Below are positions 25,533-39,156 of a DNA stretch of 64,000 bases, piece by piece. The DNA is from Octopus sinensis (lineage: Eukaryota). The number at the start of each line of letters is the position of its first letter. The first letter of the stretch is position 1. The translations under genes and the position numbers were made by a program. The DNA lies in the NCBI RefSeq assembly GCF_006345805.1, contig NC_042999.1, positions 160,270,001 through 160,334,000 of the forward strand, in the 5' to 3' direction. A model generated the notes under the pieces. That model made no database searches. It saw only the letters and a list, made by a program, of their open reading frames with translations, and was not told the DNA's origin.

Positions 25533-26354
25533 CGAGCGGTTACTGTTTATATCTCGTTCAGAGATTTATTATTGTTTTTTATATATATACATCTACACAT
25601 AAAATACAAAATACAAAGTTATATCTTGATATCGCTAGTGATAACAATACTCAAAATATATAACAGACTGGAATTGTAGGCCCGTCGCTTGCAATTTCGA
25701 TCAATTGTATCTTGTCCTCCTTCTTGTATAGAAGTGTGGCTACAATCCAGCCTACCTCTACTTCTGGGGGGACATTTTAAATTTTTATCCGGGGCGTCCT
25801 ACGTCCCAGATATAAAGGTAAAAATAAAATATTTCCATTTTGCAAGGTTCGAGTCGAGTACTGCCTTGCACGCTCCGTTGACTCGAACCTTGCTTCTATT
25901 GTGGCGAATTTACCGCCTCTGATTAGATACCTTTCATAGTCACAACAAGACACCTTTCGATGGTGCTTTCCTCCAGGTGTTCAAATCTTTTTTTTCTCTA
26001 CATTGTATACTTTATAGACAATAGTCTTTTCTTTAATTTAACTTATTAATTCGTTTGGTGGTGTTATCCTAGATTCACCGTCTTTGTCGGTGATGAATCC
26101 GAAATAGGTTTGTATTTCTTCTATCGAAACTCCATCTGGACTATTCCATTTCTGCACACTAATTTTATTTTTAATTCATTCCCATTCATGTGAAACCACT
26201 TATTCAAGTTCAAGTCATTGATGCAATTTTATACCAATTGCTATTTTTACTTTTGTTATGTTACGATTTAATTATTATATTATACTTTAGTTTGATTTTA
26301 ATCATTACTTACTACATATAATTCAATTGTTATTATTATCTCTAATTTTTATTG

Positions 26355-26623
26355 TTAAAGTGAAAGTATCTGACATGAAATAGAGAAATGTTTTTGTTTC
26401 ACTTTTAACACGTAATACTGAAATAGTGAAGAAGATATGATATTGCTATGGGCTCGCCCTAAGCAAGAAGTTGAACTTTTTTTTTGCCGATGACACTCCC
26501 CGGACTCTAAGTAAGACATGTGTAAAATTTGAATGAAATTGGTTGTGTAGTTTTCAAGTTTTAGGGAAACACACAGACAGACAGACAGACAGACAGACAT
26601 TCTCAGTTTTATATATAGAGAGA
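26355..26623 (-). mobile_element. Non-autonomous Helitron-like element, 5' portion
   Basis: Minus strand starts A|TCTCTCTATATATAAAACTGAGAATG(TCTG)n, typical of small Helitron/DINE-type elements; no 3' CTAG end found. Confidence 0.6.
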
Positions 26624-26918
26624 TTACATGTTTTTATACATCATATAACTTATATCATATATCATATATTCTCAGTGATTGACAGCTAAATAAATATTAA
26701 GTTTTATCATACAGAAGCAACTGGTTCCACAAATTAAAGTAAAATGGTTTCATTCATATATTAGAACATCATTTGTTCAATGTTGTATTTTCAAAAACCA
26801 AAACATATGTGTAGAACTCTGTGTGTGTGTGTGTGTGTATGTGTGTGTGTGTGTGTTTAATACAATTTACTTTATAAATTTGGTCCTTCATCTGGTACAG
26901 CTTATTATGGAGATATTT

Positions 26919-27740
26919 TCAGCCATTCAATTTTGAGGAGTACTTAGTTATGAAGTATTTTTCCATATTCCCCCTGAAGGAGGAATTTGTAGAATTTGGA
27001 CATTTGTAGAAGGGAAAGATCTTAAATTTTCCTTCTCCACATGTATCTAGGTGACTACTTTTAAATTTCATTTCTATGTCTCCCTCTATATATTTGTAGG
27101 TGGGGTTACTGCAGATCCCACATCTACCATCTCCGCACTCTTTTACAAAGAATTCAGTTTTAGTTTCTGATGAGAATTTCGCTCTTGTTAGTTGTTTCTT
27201 CAGGTTTTTGTCTTGTCGTCTACTGAGTTTTATGCAATATTTGTTTAGTATGTTTTCCATTTTGGGGCTTTGTAAGACTATTGGTAGGTTTGAATGTATG
27301 ATTTGAAACATGTTTGTAACTCCAGGGTTGTGTGTGTGTTTATGAAAGGGATAATGTTTCTTTATTTTTTTGTTTTGGGTGTCCTGAGTTGTGTGATGTC
27401 TAGTTTCATTGCTCTTGAGATTCCATTTTCTATTAGTTTAAGGGGGTATCTTTGTTCTAGTAGGAAGTTTTAAAGTTCATCTAGTCTTATTAGGCGTATT
27501 TGTGAGTCAGTTACTATGCTGCATATGCATCTTGCCATACAATATGGGATGTTTCTTTTTATGTTGGATGGGTGGCAGGAGTAGAAATTTAAATATTGGT
27601 GTGTGTCGGTTTTTTTGTAGAGGATGTCTGTTGTGATGATGGAGTTGTGTATCTTGATGTTGATGTCCAGGAAGGAAAGTTCATTGTGGCTGGTATCTAT
27701 TGTGAAGTTGATAGATGGGTGCAGTGTGTTGATGGACAAT
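26919..27740 (-). pseudogene. Penelope-like element relic (RT C-terminus plus internally deleted GIY-YIG region)
   Basis: LHPSINFTIDTSHNELSFLDINI...YKKTDTHQYLNFYSCHPSNIKRNIPY and CGDGRCGIC; these are typical PLE thumb and linker motifs. Confidence 0.85.
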
Positions 27741-28361
27741 CATACACACATAAACGCAAATAGTAATATACAGAAACAAATCTAAGTACTGAGGCCTCTG
27801 CTTCACAGAGCAACTTTTCTGCATCTGCCATCACCGCTCCAATCCTAAGCTAAAGGCTTGAGCTCCTCTCAACTTGCCTAATATACTGATATTCCTGGCA
27901 GCTAACTTCAAAATAGACCCACTGGATACCTAATAAAGCGAACGGATGCCTTCGACCGCATGGCCAGCCGTATGACCTGTATCATATCAAGACACATCAT
28001 TAATCATACAACCAATCATTTGATTAACCTGAAAGCAGAACAACATGCTGATACTGGTTTGAAAGAATGAACGTGAAAGAGAACAGTACCAGTCACATGG
28101 TTAATCCTCTGACGAACCACGCGGCCAGACAAAAGGCGTTCAACAGCTGCTACTTTTCCATTTTCCATTCTTTTTGAGATAGCTAACAATCAAGAACCGC
28201 GAATCAACGCCAGTCAAACATACACGCTGTTTATACGTAGTTCGGTTGATAGAATAAACTGGATATTCATTATCGAAAGTGATGGAGATCCATTTATTTC
28301 GACATTTACAGAGTTTATTGTGTATATATATATTCATGTGGCACGTTGGCCCAGCCATTAC

Positions 28362-28487
<126 letters not shown>

Positions 28488-28555
28488 GTGATATATATGT
28501 ATTCATGTATATAAACATATACATTTATCTGTGTGTACGTGTATGAATGTTTGTG

Positions 28556-28587
<32 letters not shown>

Positions 28588-28602
28588 TGTATATGTGTGT
28601 GA

Positions 28603-28642
<40 letters not shown>

Positions 28643-29003
28643 ACATATAAGCTACTCTTTCGAACACAGACACACATATGCAAGTACGCTCGCACATGTA
28701 CACACACACACATCTACAAACATAAACTGATACATTTGATACTAGCTTTAAATAGTTCGTATCATTTGAAATTCTATGAGACAACTAACACTGTGTCGGG
28801 TTAAGGTATGCAGGTACCAGCCAGTGTCCTGTTGATACCATCGGTTTAGTAACGAGACACTGGACTGTGTGGGGCAGCCTGACAAAGTCCATTTGGTAAT
28901 CAGCGGTACACGACAGAAAACAATTAAATTTTTTTTTAAAACAGAATTTCTTCTCTTATCAGTTGAACCAGTTCTTATACAAGAGGGACATTATTTAGTG
29001 TCT

Positions 29004-29034
<31 letters not shown>

Positions 29035-29117
29035 ATCGTTATTATCTTTGCTTTAATTGAAGCTTACCAATATCTTGTATGACGATTGATTGAGACTGTT
29101 GGCACCTCTCCTACCCG

Positions 29118-29400
29118 ATAAAGAAGAAAAGAAGGAGGAAGAGAGGGAGAGGAGGGAGAGGAAAAGAAGAAGAAAAGGAGGAGGAGGAGGAGAAAAAGAA
29201 GGCGAAAAGGAGAAGAAAAGAAGGAGGAAGAGAGGGAGAGGAGGAAGAGGAAAAGAAGAAGAAAAGGAAGAGGAGGAGGAGGAGGAAAAGAAGACGAAAA
29301 GAAGAAAAGAAAGAGAAAGAGGAGGAAGAGGAGAAGAAGCAGAAGAAGAAGCAGAAGAAGAAGCAGAAGAAGAAGAAGAAGAACAACAACAACAACAGCA
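29118..29400. repeat. Polypurine (GAA/GGA) low-complexity tract
   Basis: The + strand is almost entirely A/G, with internal duplications. Confidence 0.9.
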
Positions 29401-29793
29401 TGTTAGTACTTTTACTTTACGAGCGAATCTCAGCTGAAATGAAATGATGCGAAAACCTCCACATGGTTGCTCGACTTGCAAGAAATATCAGTCATATTTC
29501 CCTAAAAATCAAACCTTATCAAATACGAAGACATACTTGTTAGTATAGTTCTATAGCCCTATATACAATGTGTCTGAAAAAAAAAGACGGAATGAGAACA
29601 GCTGGAAAGCTGGAGCACATTTGATTATGGACCAGTCACACTATCCATGCCTAGGTCCAAACAAAAACAACAACTACTACTGCTACTGAAATAAAGTTTG
29701 TCTAACACTAAATGGATCACAAGCCAATCCGAAGATCTTGTTACCGGTGAAGGGACAAAAGTTATGTTTAGTAATCAGTATTAATAATAGTTT

Positions 29794-30195
29794 AAGGCGC
29801 TGAGCTGGCAGAATCGTTAGCACACCGGACAAAATGCTTAGCGGCACTTTGGGTGCCGTTACGTTCTGAGTTCAGACTCTGCCAAGGTCGACTTTGCCTT
29901 TCATCCTTTCGGGGTCGATTAAATAAGTACCAGTTACGCACTGGGGTTGATATAATCGACTTAATCCGTTTGTCTGTCCTTGTTCGTCCCCTGTGTGTTT
30001 AGCCCCTTGTGGGTAGTTTAGAAATAGGTATTTCGTCTGCCGCTACGTTCTGAGTTCAGACTCTGCCAAGGTCGACTTTGCTTTTCATCCTTTCGGGGTG
30101 ATAAAATAAGTACCAGTTAAGCACTGGAGTCGATGTAATCGGCTAACCCACCCACCAAACTTGCTGGCCTTGTGCCAAAATTTGAAACCAATATT
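29794..30195 (+). mobile_element. SINE family B, two-body form
   Basis: Head GGCGCTGAGCTGGCAGAATCGTTAGC, body, long tail, then AGAAATAGGTATTTCGTCTG and a second body. Confidence 0.85.
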
Positions 30196-30261
30196 AGAAA
30201 TTGTTGGATTTTTAGAACCCCACTTTCTAGTCAGAATTCAAGTTGTAGACTTCCGAAGTCG

Positions 30262-31130
30262 TTTAAAAAATGTGCAACCCACGAATCCATCCCTTAAATA
30301 TCTGTTCTTTACGACTGATAGACGACATTATTATTAGTAATTTGTGTGTACTTGTTGAGTCTGGAGGAAAGACGAGCGGGGACAATATTCTAGAGGGCCA
30401 CTGTTCTGGAGAGAAAGGAATGAACATAGTGGCCAGTGCAGGGCCGATGAGTTGGACACATGGGCGCTTGAATGGAGAAGGTACAAGACCAATCAGCTCT
30501 GAGGAACAAAAGCCATTATAGTGGTGATAGAAAAGACAGAAAGAGGAGACAACTGTGGGACAGAGTTTGGTGCATATCAATTAGTGATTTAATGCCAATC
30601 ATTCGAGTGACTTTCCTCTACATACAACACAGGATGCATATCTGTGTAGCAGCAGCATCGTCCCAGATAGGGGAGCAGCACTTCACTGTAGATAGACTTG
30701 AGCATTGCAGAATGTCACCAACTTTTAGGGGCCAAAATATTTTTTAACCTTTAAGAAAAAGACTGGAAGGGTCAGTTTTGTTAGGACGCAGTCATTGCTA
30801 TACTGAAGATGTGCTTTCCCTAGGAGAGAATCTTGACGATAGTGAAGAATAGCATCTGGAGTGACCATGAGGGTTCTTATTTAGTGCCGCATATGTTTTT
30901 AAGAGGTATACAGTGTGATGGTATTTTCTTGATATGAGTAGTACTTGAGGTTTTTCTCTCTTTTTTATTTATTTATATAAACGCACAGTTTCCCATCGAG
31001 ATCAGGGTGCCATTTGTGGCAGAAGATTTGTTTGGAATCCAAATCACAGAAGAAACCCACGAAGGAAATTGCCAGGGCAGCTGAGGCCAGTTCAAGGTCA
31101 TTGTTGTTGACAAGAAGCGGTAGACGGAAC
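30262..31130 (-). pseudogene. CR1/L2-group LINE reverse transcriptase C-terminal relic
   Basis: Frameshifted ...LVTFCNAQVY...CSPIWDDAAA... and LFYHHYNGFCSSELIGLVPSP, resembling the LYKAQVRPxLEYCS and YRYYNGxCSxEL motifs of this group. Confidence 0.6.
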
Positions 31131-31359
31131 CTTTCTGTCGGCGAATGCTAATTCAGTCCTCACTGCCCCACTCAGGCGAAAAGTGTAGACTAAGGGGCGA
31201 AATTGTTGTGACCCTGGGTTACCTTCCCGAAAATAAAGAAGAATTAACAACATTGCGGTAGTTTTAGTCATCCTAAGAAGAAAAACTTGCAACATCTTTA
31301 AGTAGATCCTGCAGGTTCTGTGGTGGGCAACGCATCTCTGAGGTTCACACACACACACA

Positions 31360-31413
<54 letters not shown>

Positions 31414-31507
31414 TTATATATATATATATAATCCAACGAAAAGAGGACAATTATATATATACATACACACACACATGCATACATACATACATACATACAT
31501 ACATACA

Positions 31508-31538
<31 letters not shown>

Positions 31539-31581
31539 GCAATTATATACATATATATATATACACACATATATACATATA

Positions 31582-32812
31582 CACAGACATGAAAGAAGTA
31601 AATAGACACCCTTATAATCATCAAAATTCATTTAACTCTGAAATTATACATTCAAATTATTTGTTAGTTGTTGTAATGAGAACATTTAATATTTAGTGAC
31701 ATGCTCTTCGCATTTTTCAATGCAAGGGTCCTATTAGGCCTGTTACTGATCAGATGGTGAATATTCTCTTGCGGAATTTCTTGCTAAGTTTCATACAATG
31801 ATCTCAAAAGATCTGGCTTTGAAGATGCTTTCTTGTTCTGTTTATGAAATGTCCTGTCAGTTATTCCCCAGAGGTGTTCAATAGGGTTCATATCTGATGA
31901 CTGGCTTGGCTAAGGAAACTTTCTAATGCCATTCTTTTCTAACAAATCTTGGGTCATTTTAACCGCGTGACAAGGAATATTATCTTAAATAGAGAGTCTT
32001 CTTTAATCATTTCACCACTGGAGAAGTTTGGAAGGAGTCCTTTCTGCAATATGGACACATATTTATTTGAATTTATCTTTCCCTCACACTCCACCAGCTC
32101 TGATCAATCATTGCTCCAAATTGTTCCCCAGACCATCACAGAATAGCTGCCGTGTTTCATTGCTGGTTGCAATCTTTTCACATCAAATTCTTGATCACAG
32201 AATCTCCAGACCCACACTAGACCACTGTCAGAAAATACAGCAAATCTGGACTCATCAGAGAATATAACAGTGTCCTAAAATACTACTGGCCTTTCCACCA
32301 TCATACTGGCCCAATTTTTTCTCCACTTGATGTTGGCTGGTCGAAGAAGTGGCTTCCTTCTTCCTGCTCTGCCATAATAACCAAGCTTGTGGAGAGACAC
32401 CTGACAGCTGTTCTGGGACTGACATCAACTTGCTCTGCTATGTCAGAGGTCTTGCGACGAAGATTATCCTCTACACTTCTCTTAGCAAAGGGTCCTGGTT
32501 GAGCTGTGTGAGGTGATGTGGACCCCTTCCCCTCCCTGGTGAATTGCACAATCACTCTGTTAACTGTAGAAAGCGGGATCCTAAGGTTTTCTGTGATTTT
32601 ACGCTGACTATATCCACCTTCAGAATGACCCACAATACGGATTCTATGAAATTCAGACAGTTCCAAGGATTCTTTTGTATATGGCCTGATTAAACAGTCA
32701 CATATAGAATCTGAAACATAAAAATGTCAATTAATAAATAAATATAAACTTTTACAAGTTAGAATAAACAGAAAATGATGTTTATGGGGTGTCTATTGAT
32801 TTCTAACATGTG
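31582..32812 (-). mobile_element. Tc1-like DNA transposon, decayed transposase pseudogene
   Basis: N-terminal HTH (MELSEFHRIRIVG...SQRKITENLRIPLSTVNRVI); catalytic VIFSDESRF, VMVWG and SDMNPIEHLW with stops; imperfect TIRs (AATAGACACCC) at both ends, in a TA context. Confidence 0.9.
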
Positions 32813-32844
<32 letters not shown>

Positions 32845-33006
32845 TGTATGTATGTATGTATGTATGTATGTATGTATGTATGTGTGAGTATATATATATA
32901 TATATATATATAATTATATATATATACTGAGGAGTCCAGTGTAATTCATGGGTATGAGAGGTGCAGCTGAAGTGTACGAGAGTAGAAAGTCCAGTGAGAG
33001 AATCCT

Positions 33007-34790
33007 TAAAAGTTCGTTGGGTGATGAGAGGAGACAGGATCAACTGGTGCGGCGCGCGGACCTCTACAAGGCCGAAGCTCTCCGCTAACTTCAAGACACC
33101 TCCTTCTGCTGCTCTCTGCCCTCTGACCCCACGTCCAGCTACCAACAGACTGTGTCCTCCACTATCCATGACCTCATCTCCTCTTCCCGTCTCCTCCCCA
33201 CCGCCTCCAACCTCATTGTCCGCACCTCTCGCATCCCCACTATTTACTTCCTCACCCAAATTCACAAACCTATCAACCCTGGCAGCCCCATCGTCTCTGC
33301 CTGCAACTGCCCCACCGAACTCATCTCCAGATATCTTGACCGTGTCCTTGCTCCCCTAGTGGCTTCCCTCCGCTCTCACATCCATGACACCAACCACGCG
33401 CTTCGTTTGTTCAACTTTTTCTCCTTCCCTCCTGGTTCCTCTGAACTTCTCTTCACTCTCGACATCCAGAACCTTTACACGGTGATCCCTCACCACGAGG
33501 GACTGCGTACAGTCCAACATTTCCTTGATCTTCGACCCAACCCCCAACCTGACACATCCACACTCTTTCGTCTGGCCGAACTTGTCCTCTCACTCAACTG
33601 CTTCTCGTTCGCTGGTGATTTCTACCAGCAGAATTTCGGGAGTGGCCATGTGAACGAGAATGGGCCTCAACTATGCGAACCTGTTCGTTGGCTATGTTGA
33701 GGTCCAAATATTATCAAGTTTCACTGGTCCCACTTCCGAACTATACGGCCGTTATATTGACGACTGTATTGGTGCGACCTCACTCTTCCGCGAACATCTA
33801 GATTTCTTCCTCTCTTTTGTCAAATCCTTCAATCCTGCCCTCCACTTCTCCTGCACTATTTCTGACACCTCTGTCTCTTTTCTTGACATTTCGGTCAGCA
33901 TTCATCACTCCACTCTCACCTCCTCCACAAACACACATACTCACACTCATACCTCAACTTCTCCTCCTCCCACCTTAAAGACATCAAGCTTCCCATCCCC
34001 TATTCCCAATTCCTCCGTCTACGCAGACTCTGCAGTGACGACTATGACTTTGAGACTCAGTCTCAACTCATGGCTCGCCACTTCCTCCTACCTGGATATC
34101 CCCACACCACCCTTGCCAGAGCACGTTCCGTGGACCGTGCATCTACTCTCTCCCCCGAACCCGCCCCGCCGTCTCCCGCCTTCTGTTTCCCCTCAACTAC
34201 CACCCCAGCACCCGACCTCTACAACGCACTATTCTCAGAGCCTTCCGGCGACTCCAGTCCGACCCTCACTTCGCACATCTTCCCTAACGTACCTCTCTCT
34301 CTCCTCCTTCAAACGAGCCCATAAACCTACGACATCTCTTGGTCCACAGCTTCTTCCCTAACCCAACCTCCCAGCCCGGCTCGTTCCCCTGCTCCCGCCC
34401 ACGCTGCCGCACTTGCCCTTACCTCTCCAACACCACCCTCCTCATCGGCACCCATCATCGACCCTATCACATCACCGACTCCACCTGCACTTCTACCAAT
34501 GTCATCTACTGCATCTCCTGCTCTCTCTGCCCTTCTCTCGGGCAAACTTGGCTGACCGGTTCGCGGAACACCTCCGAGACACCCGACTCGGCAATGCTAA
34601 CCCGACTCGCGTTATTTCCGCTCTACCGGTCACACTTTGCAACACCTGTCCGTGTTCGGATTGTCCTTGTACAGGGGCCATCCTGACTCCTGTTTGCGCC
34701 GTGGACAGGGATTAATCTTCTCTCTTCGCTCCTTTGCACCACATGGGCTCAACTCTTCTCTCTTCTTCATCTAACCTCCTCCCCTCGCCC
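33007..34790 (+). pseudogene. Penelope-like element (RT + GIY-YIG endonuclease), frameshifted
   Basis: IHKPINPGSPIVSACNCPTE, LFTLDIQNLYTVIPH, NYANLFVGYVE, YGRYIDDCIG, SFLDISV, and FPCSRPRCRTCPY...CTSTNVIYCISCSLC. Confidence 0.93.
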
Positions 34791-35460
34791 TCCCCCTCAC
34801 ACCTACTTCCTCCTACCTACCTCTCCTCTCTTGCTCCGACTCCTACTTCTTCTCTTCACTCCTACTCTCCTCTCTTTTCTTCACTCCTACCCACCTTCTC
34901 CTTCCCCCTTCATCGTCACCCCTCCATCGTAACCCCATCCCACCCTACACATTCCAACTCCACCTTCTCTATCCTTCCCATCCCACTCCACCGCATCCCT
35001 TACACCCATTCCCACATGCCCCATCTCTACACCCACCCTCAGCCTAACCCACACTCCACCCTTGCTTTCCCCACACTCGCCTCTTCCACCTCCCAACACC
35101 ATCACACCACACCACACACCACCATGCCATACACCACCATTCCACACTCCACCATGCCACACAATACATCACATCACATCACACCACCACGCACACACTA
35201 GCACTGACCACTTCCCAGCCCCACATCCACACACCTACACATACACACACGAACACGTCAAGGTCACCAGCCCTCTTCCACACGCACATAGATACTCTCT
35301 TATAAACACGCACGCGCACCTTCGTTTTGGGATCACCACTACTTTATTATCTCCCCTCCTTCCTAGCTCTCCTGTGTGACCCTTCTATCCGACATTCGCC
35401 ATAATAGATCGCTAGCCATTACACATTCTTTATTTTCTGTCCTTGTTTCTTTCTGTGTTC

Positions 35461-35496
35461 CTTTCTGTGGAAGAGCGTAGGCTCGAAACGTTAAAG
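35461..35496 (+). ncRNA. Minimal hammerhead-like motif 1 (variant core CUGUGGA) in the PLE 3' repeat
   Basis: CTTT-CTGTGGA-A-GAGC-GTAG-GCTC-GAAA-CGT-T-AAAG: 4-bp stems I and II; one core deviation (A6 to U). Confidence 0.55.
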
Positions 35497-35644
35497 ACTT
35501 TTTCACTTCCCGAGCGTTAAACTAATACATCTGTTTGTTGTCTACACCACTTGTCTTCGTCTTTTGTTTTTTTGTGAATTCTCCCCTATACATACATACA
35601 TACATACATACATACATACATACATACATACATACATACATACA

Positions 35645-35717
<73 letters not shown>

Positions 35718-35806
35718 ATATATATATATATTATATACATACATACATACATGTTGGTGATTTTTTTTCCTCCGTCTTCCCTTCTCTGGATCTATCCTTT
35801 TCCTAT

Positions 35807-35841
35807 GTTTCTGACGAAGAGCTCCGCTCGAAACGTAAAAC
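35807..35841 (+). ncRNA. Minimal type I hammerhead ribozyme motif 2
   Basis: GTTT-CTGACGA-A-GAGC-TCC-GCTC-GAAA-CGT-A-AAAC: canonical CUGANGA/GAAA core, GUA cleavage triplet and palindromic ACGT stem III. Confidence 0.8.
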
Positions 35842-36765
35842 CCTCCTTCTTCCCTTCATTCCTGAGCGTCCAATAATACTATATTTGTTCCACGTCCTCG
35901 CGTTGTTGTGTTTTCTCTTTGTGTTTTCATGTTTGGATTCACTAACAATATATATATCTATATCTATCTATCTGTATATATATGTAAACAATACATATAT
36001 ACAAATACATATATATATATGTATATGTCTGTATAGCTATATGTGTGTTCTTGTGTATGTGTGCGTGTGTATCTATATGTATGTATGTATTTGACCCGAT
36101 GCTTTTGTCAGTATTTGGGTGCAGTTATGAATGGTGTTCTATATAAACGCATTCATACCTAGTTAGGAATGATTTTTTTTTATATATAACCTCTTTTTTA
36201 TAGCTAACAGATATGAGACAACCTATAGAAATATATTCGTAACGTTTGCTTTCTGTTTGAAAACCCCGACAAACTATTCTTAAATATAACCACAGTCATG
36301 CATGCATACATACATACATACATACATACATACATACATACATACATACATACATACATACAGCCATCTCCATATATACATGTGTGTGTGTGTGTATGTG
36401 TGTATGTGTGTGTGTGTGTGTTTAAATGTGATAAAAACTAATGAGGTATATTTTCCTTGGTCTGCTACAATAACCATCAGGTTTTCATTTGTAATATATA
36501 TATATATATTGTGTAGTCTGCATTCAATTAGAACTGGTATTGTACAGGAGTTACAAGCTTCCACGCGATTCAAACGGCGACGCAACTTCAATTTATTTAA
36601 CCTTCGAATATATCAGTCGCAAGATGTCTTGAACTATGCACTGTGAATTGGAGTAACTTCCAAACACTGAAAGAGGGAACACTTACGTGGTCTCTTGACA
36701 CTGTAATTAGTTGTAATTAAATCGCCTTCAAATTGTACCCAACGTACAACCGGAACTACATTATC

Positions 36766-37198
36766 AGATCTTTTCGGTTTGAACGGCAGTTTTTTCTAGC
36801 GGTGTCATATGAAATTGTCACCCATAACTATGACTCTAGTATCTATCTATTGCATTTCAATCTATTTTAGGGTTAGGGTTAGGGTTAGGATTAGGGTTAG
36901 TGGTGGGGGAAGGGTATCTTTTTTCTTCACAAATGTAAATAAACCCAATCTGTTTCTTAAACGAGGGACATATTCATACGGCACAGAATGCTTCTTAACT
37001 CAATAGACGGTCATTGATTGGTTGAAATTGCAGAAATTGAAGAAAAAAAAAAACAAATATCTTACAAACTATAGAATTTTCTCAATAAAGCCAAGAGAAA
37101 AAGATGTTTTATAAACACATTCTACCAGTATACGAAGTTTAAAACTTTTTAGTTACCTGAAATTATGTTAAAAACTCCCGTTCAAACCGAAAAGATCC
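36766..37198 (+). mobile_element. MITE family M copy 8
   Basis: Both TIRs present (first base A instead of G); TTAGGG units; no TSD. Confidence 0.9.
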
Positions 37199-39156
37199 CT
37201 TTTTTTTTATATATATAAATAAAAACAAAAGAGTGAAATTTGAGGGAGAATTAGCTACTGATTTTAACGGCTCAAGGTTCTTTAGATATATGGACGAAAG
37301 TTTTAAGAAAACTGTATTGACAATATTTTTCAATATCATATTGTGCATGAAAAGTGAAACTAGAGTTGTCCATTAAGAATAAGTGGTTCAAAATTACTTT
37401 AGGCAACTGGACATTTGTAAAGATACTCCTCTGCTCTACCTTGTACGCAATGCATAACACGGATTCTTCAGTGATAATTCAACGATTCGTCAGAGGTTAT
37501 GAGACATTGCCCTTTATTAACCAAATGATTTGTATTCTGCGAATTACTGTCTTGAGACATCGTGTTAGGAAAAATAAAGTCGATCGTTGAATCTGAAATT
37601 AGTAAGCTCTAACCTGTTTGCTAAATATATCATTTAACTCATTGTAAATTGTTTTCGTCTAGCCCCAGTTCACTGGTAAGATAGAAAACAGGGATGAAAA
37701 GTATTCCAGTAGTGACCATCCTGTCTTGTTTCAACAGGTTGTAATTTCATGGAGATTCGGCTGCTAAATATACATGCAGATTCTCACTTGCTAGAACAAT
37801 GGCTGTGGTGTGTCCCTAGTTGTTCGTCTATCGAAGTGTTATATACGGTTTGCTCTATTACCGTAAACTGCCACTGTATGTTTGTGTCTTTTCCTTCTTT
37901 ACCTTTTTAGCTCTGTCTTGACAAAAGACTACTGCCTTCTCAATATTTTCTTTACAAGGTAAAACTAATAACCTTGGGATCTTTTCGGTTTGAACGGCAG
38001 TTTTTTCTAGCGGTGCCATATGAAATTGTCACCCATAATTATGACCCTAGTATCGATCTATTGCGTTTCAATCTATTTTAGGGTTAGAGTTAGTTAGGGG
38101 GGGGGAAGTATCTTTTTTTCTTCACAAATGTAAATAAACCCAATCTTTTCTTAAACGAGGACCGTTCATACGGCACAGAATGCTTCTTAACTCAATAGAC
38201 GTCATTGATTGGTTGAAATTGCAGAAATTGAAGAAAAAAAAAACAATATCTTACAAACATAGAATTTTCCTCAATAAAGCCAAGAGAAAAAGATGTTTTA
38301 TAACCCATTCTACCAGTATACGAAGTTTAAAACTTTTTAGTTACCTGAAATTATGTTAAAAACTCCCGTTCAAACCGAAAAGATCCTTTTTTTTTATATA
38401 TATAAATAAAAACAAAAGAGTGAAATTTGAGGGAGAATAGCTACTGATTTTAACGGCTCAAGGTTCTTTAGATATATGGACGAAAGTTTTAAGAAAACTG
38501 TATTGACAATATTTTTCAATATCATATTGTGCATGAAAAGTGAAACTAGAGTTGTCCATTAGAATAAGTGGTTCAAAATTACTTTAGGCAACTGGACATT
38601 TGTAAAGATACTCCTCTGCTCTACCTTGTACGCAATGCATAACACGGATTCTTCAGTGATAATTCAACGATTCGTCAGAGGTTATGAGACATTGCCCTTT
38701 ATTAACCAAATGATTTGTATTCTGCGAATTACTGTCTTGAGACATCGTGTTAGGAAAAATAAAGTCGATCGTTGAATCTGAAATTAGTAAGCTCTAACCT
38801 GTTTGCTAAATATATCATTTAACTCATTGTAAATTGTTTTCGTCTAGCCCCAGTTCACTGGTAAGATAGAAAACAGGGATGAAAAGTATTCCAGTAGTGA
38901 CCATCCTGTCTTGTTTCAACAGGTTGTAATTTCATGGAGATTCGGCTGCTAAATATACATGCAGATTCTCACTTGCTAGAACAATGGCTGTGGTGTGTCC
39001 CTAGTTGTTCGTCTATCGAAGTGTATATACGGTTTGCTCTATACCGTAAACTGCCACTGTTGTTTGTGTCTTTTCCTTCTTTACCTTTTTAGCTCTGTCT
39101 TGACAAAAGACTACTCCTTCTCAATATTTTCTTACAAGGTAAAACTAATAACCTTG
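37199..39156 (+). repeat. Tandem duplication of a ~780-bp spacer (37199-37976 and 38387-39156) separated by a MITE
   Basis: The two spacers are near-identical; the visible differences are mostly single-base deletions in the second copy. Confidence 0.95.
37977..38386 (+). mobile_element. MITE family M copy 9 (chimera of copies 10 and 8)
   Basis: 5' half has copy-10 variants (CGGTGCCATA, TTGCGTTTC) and its left flank; 3' half has copy-8 variants (GCTTCTT, CTCCCG) and its right flank. Confidence 0.9.

Noticed and set aside
26064-26106. GATTCACCG/CGGTG..AATC hairpin followed by CGAAATAGG as a hammerhead relic
   Set aside because: The CUGANGA core is absent; too speculative.
28105-28135. CTGACGA-ACCACGCGG as a hammerhead
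   Set aside because: No GAAA or cleavage triplet downstream.
29053-29481. Glu/Lys/Arg-rich ORF
   Set aside because: Translation of a polypurine low-complexity tract.
34734-35379. Pro/His/Thr-rich ORFs after the PLE
   Set aside because: C-rich low-complexity 3' region of the element, not coding.
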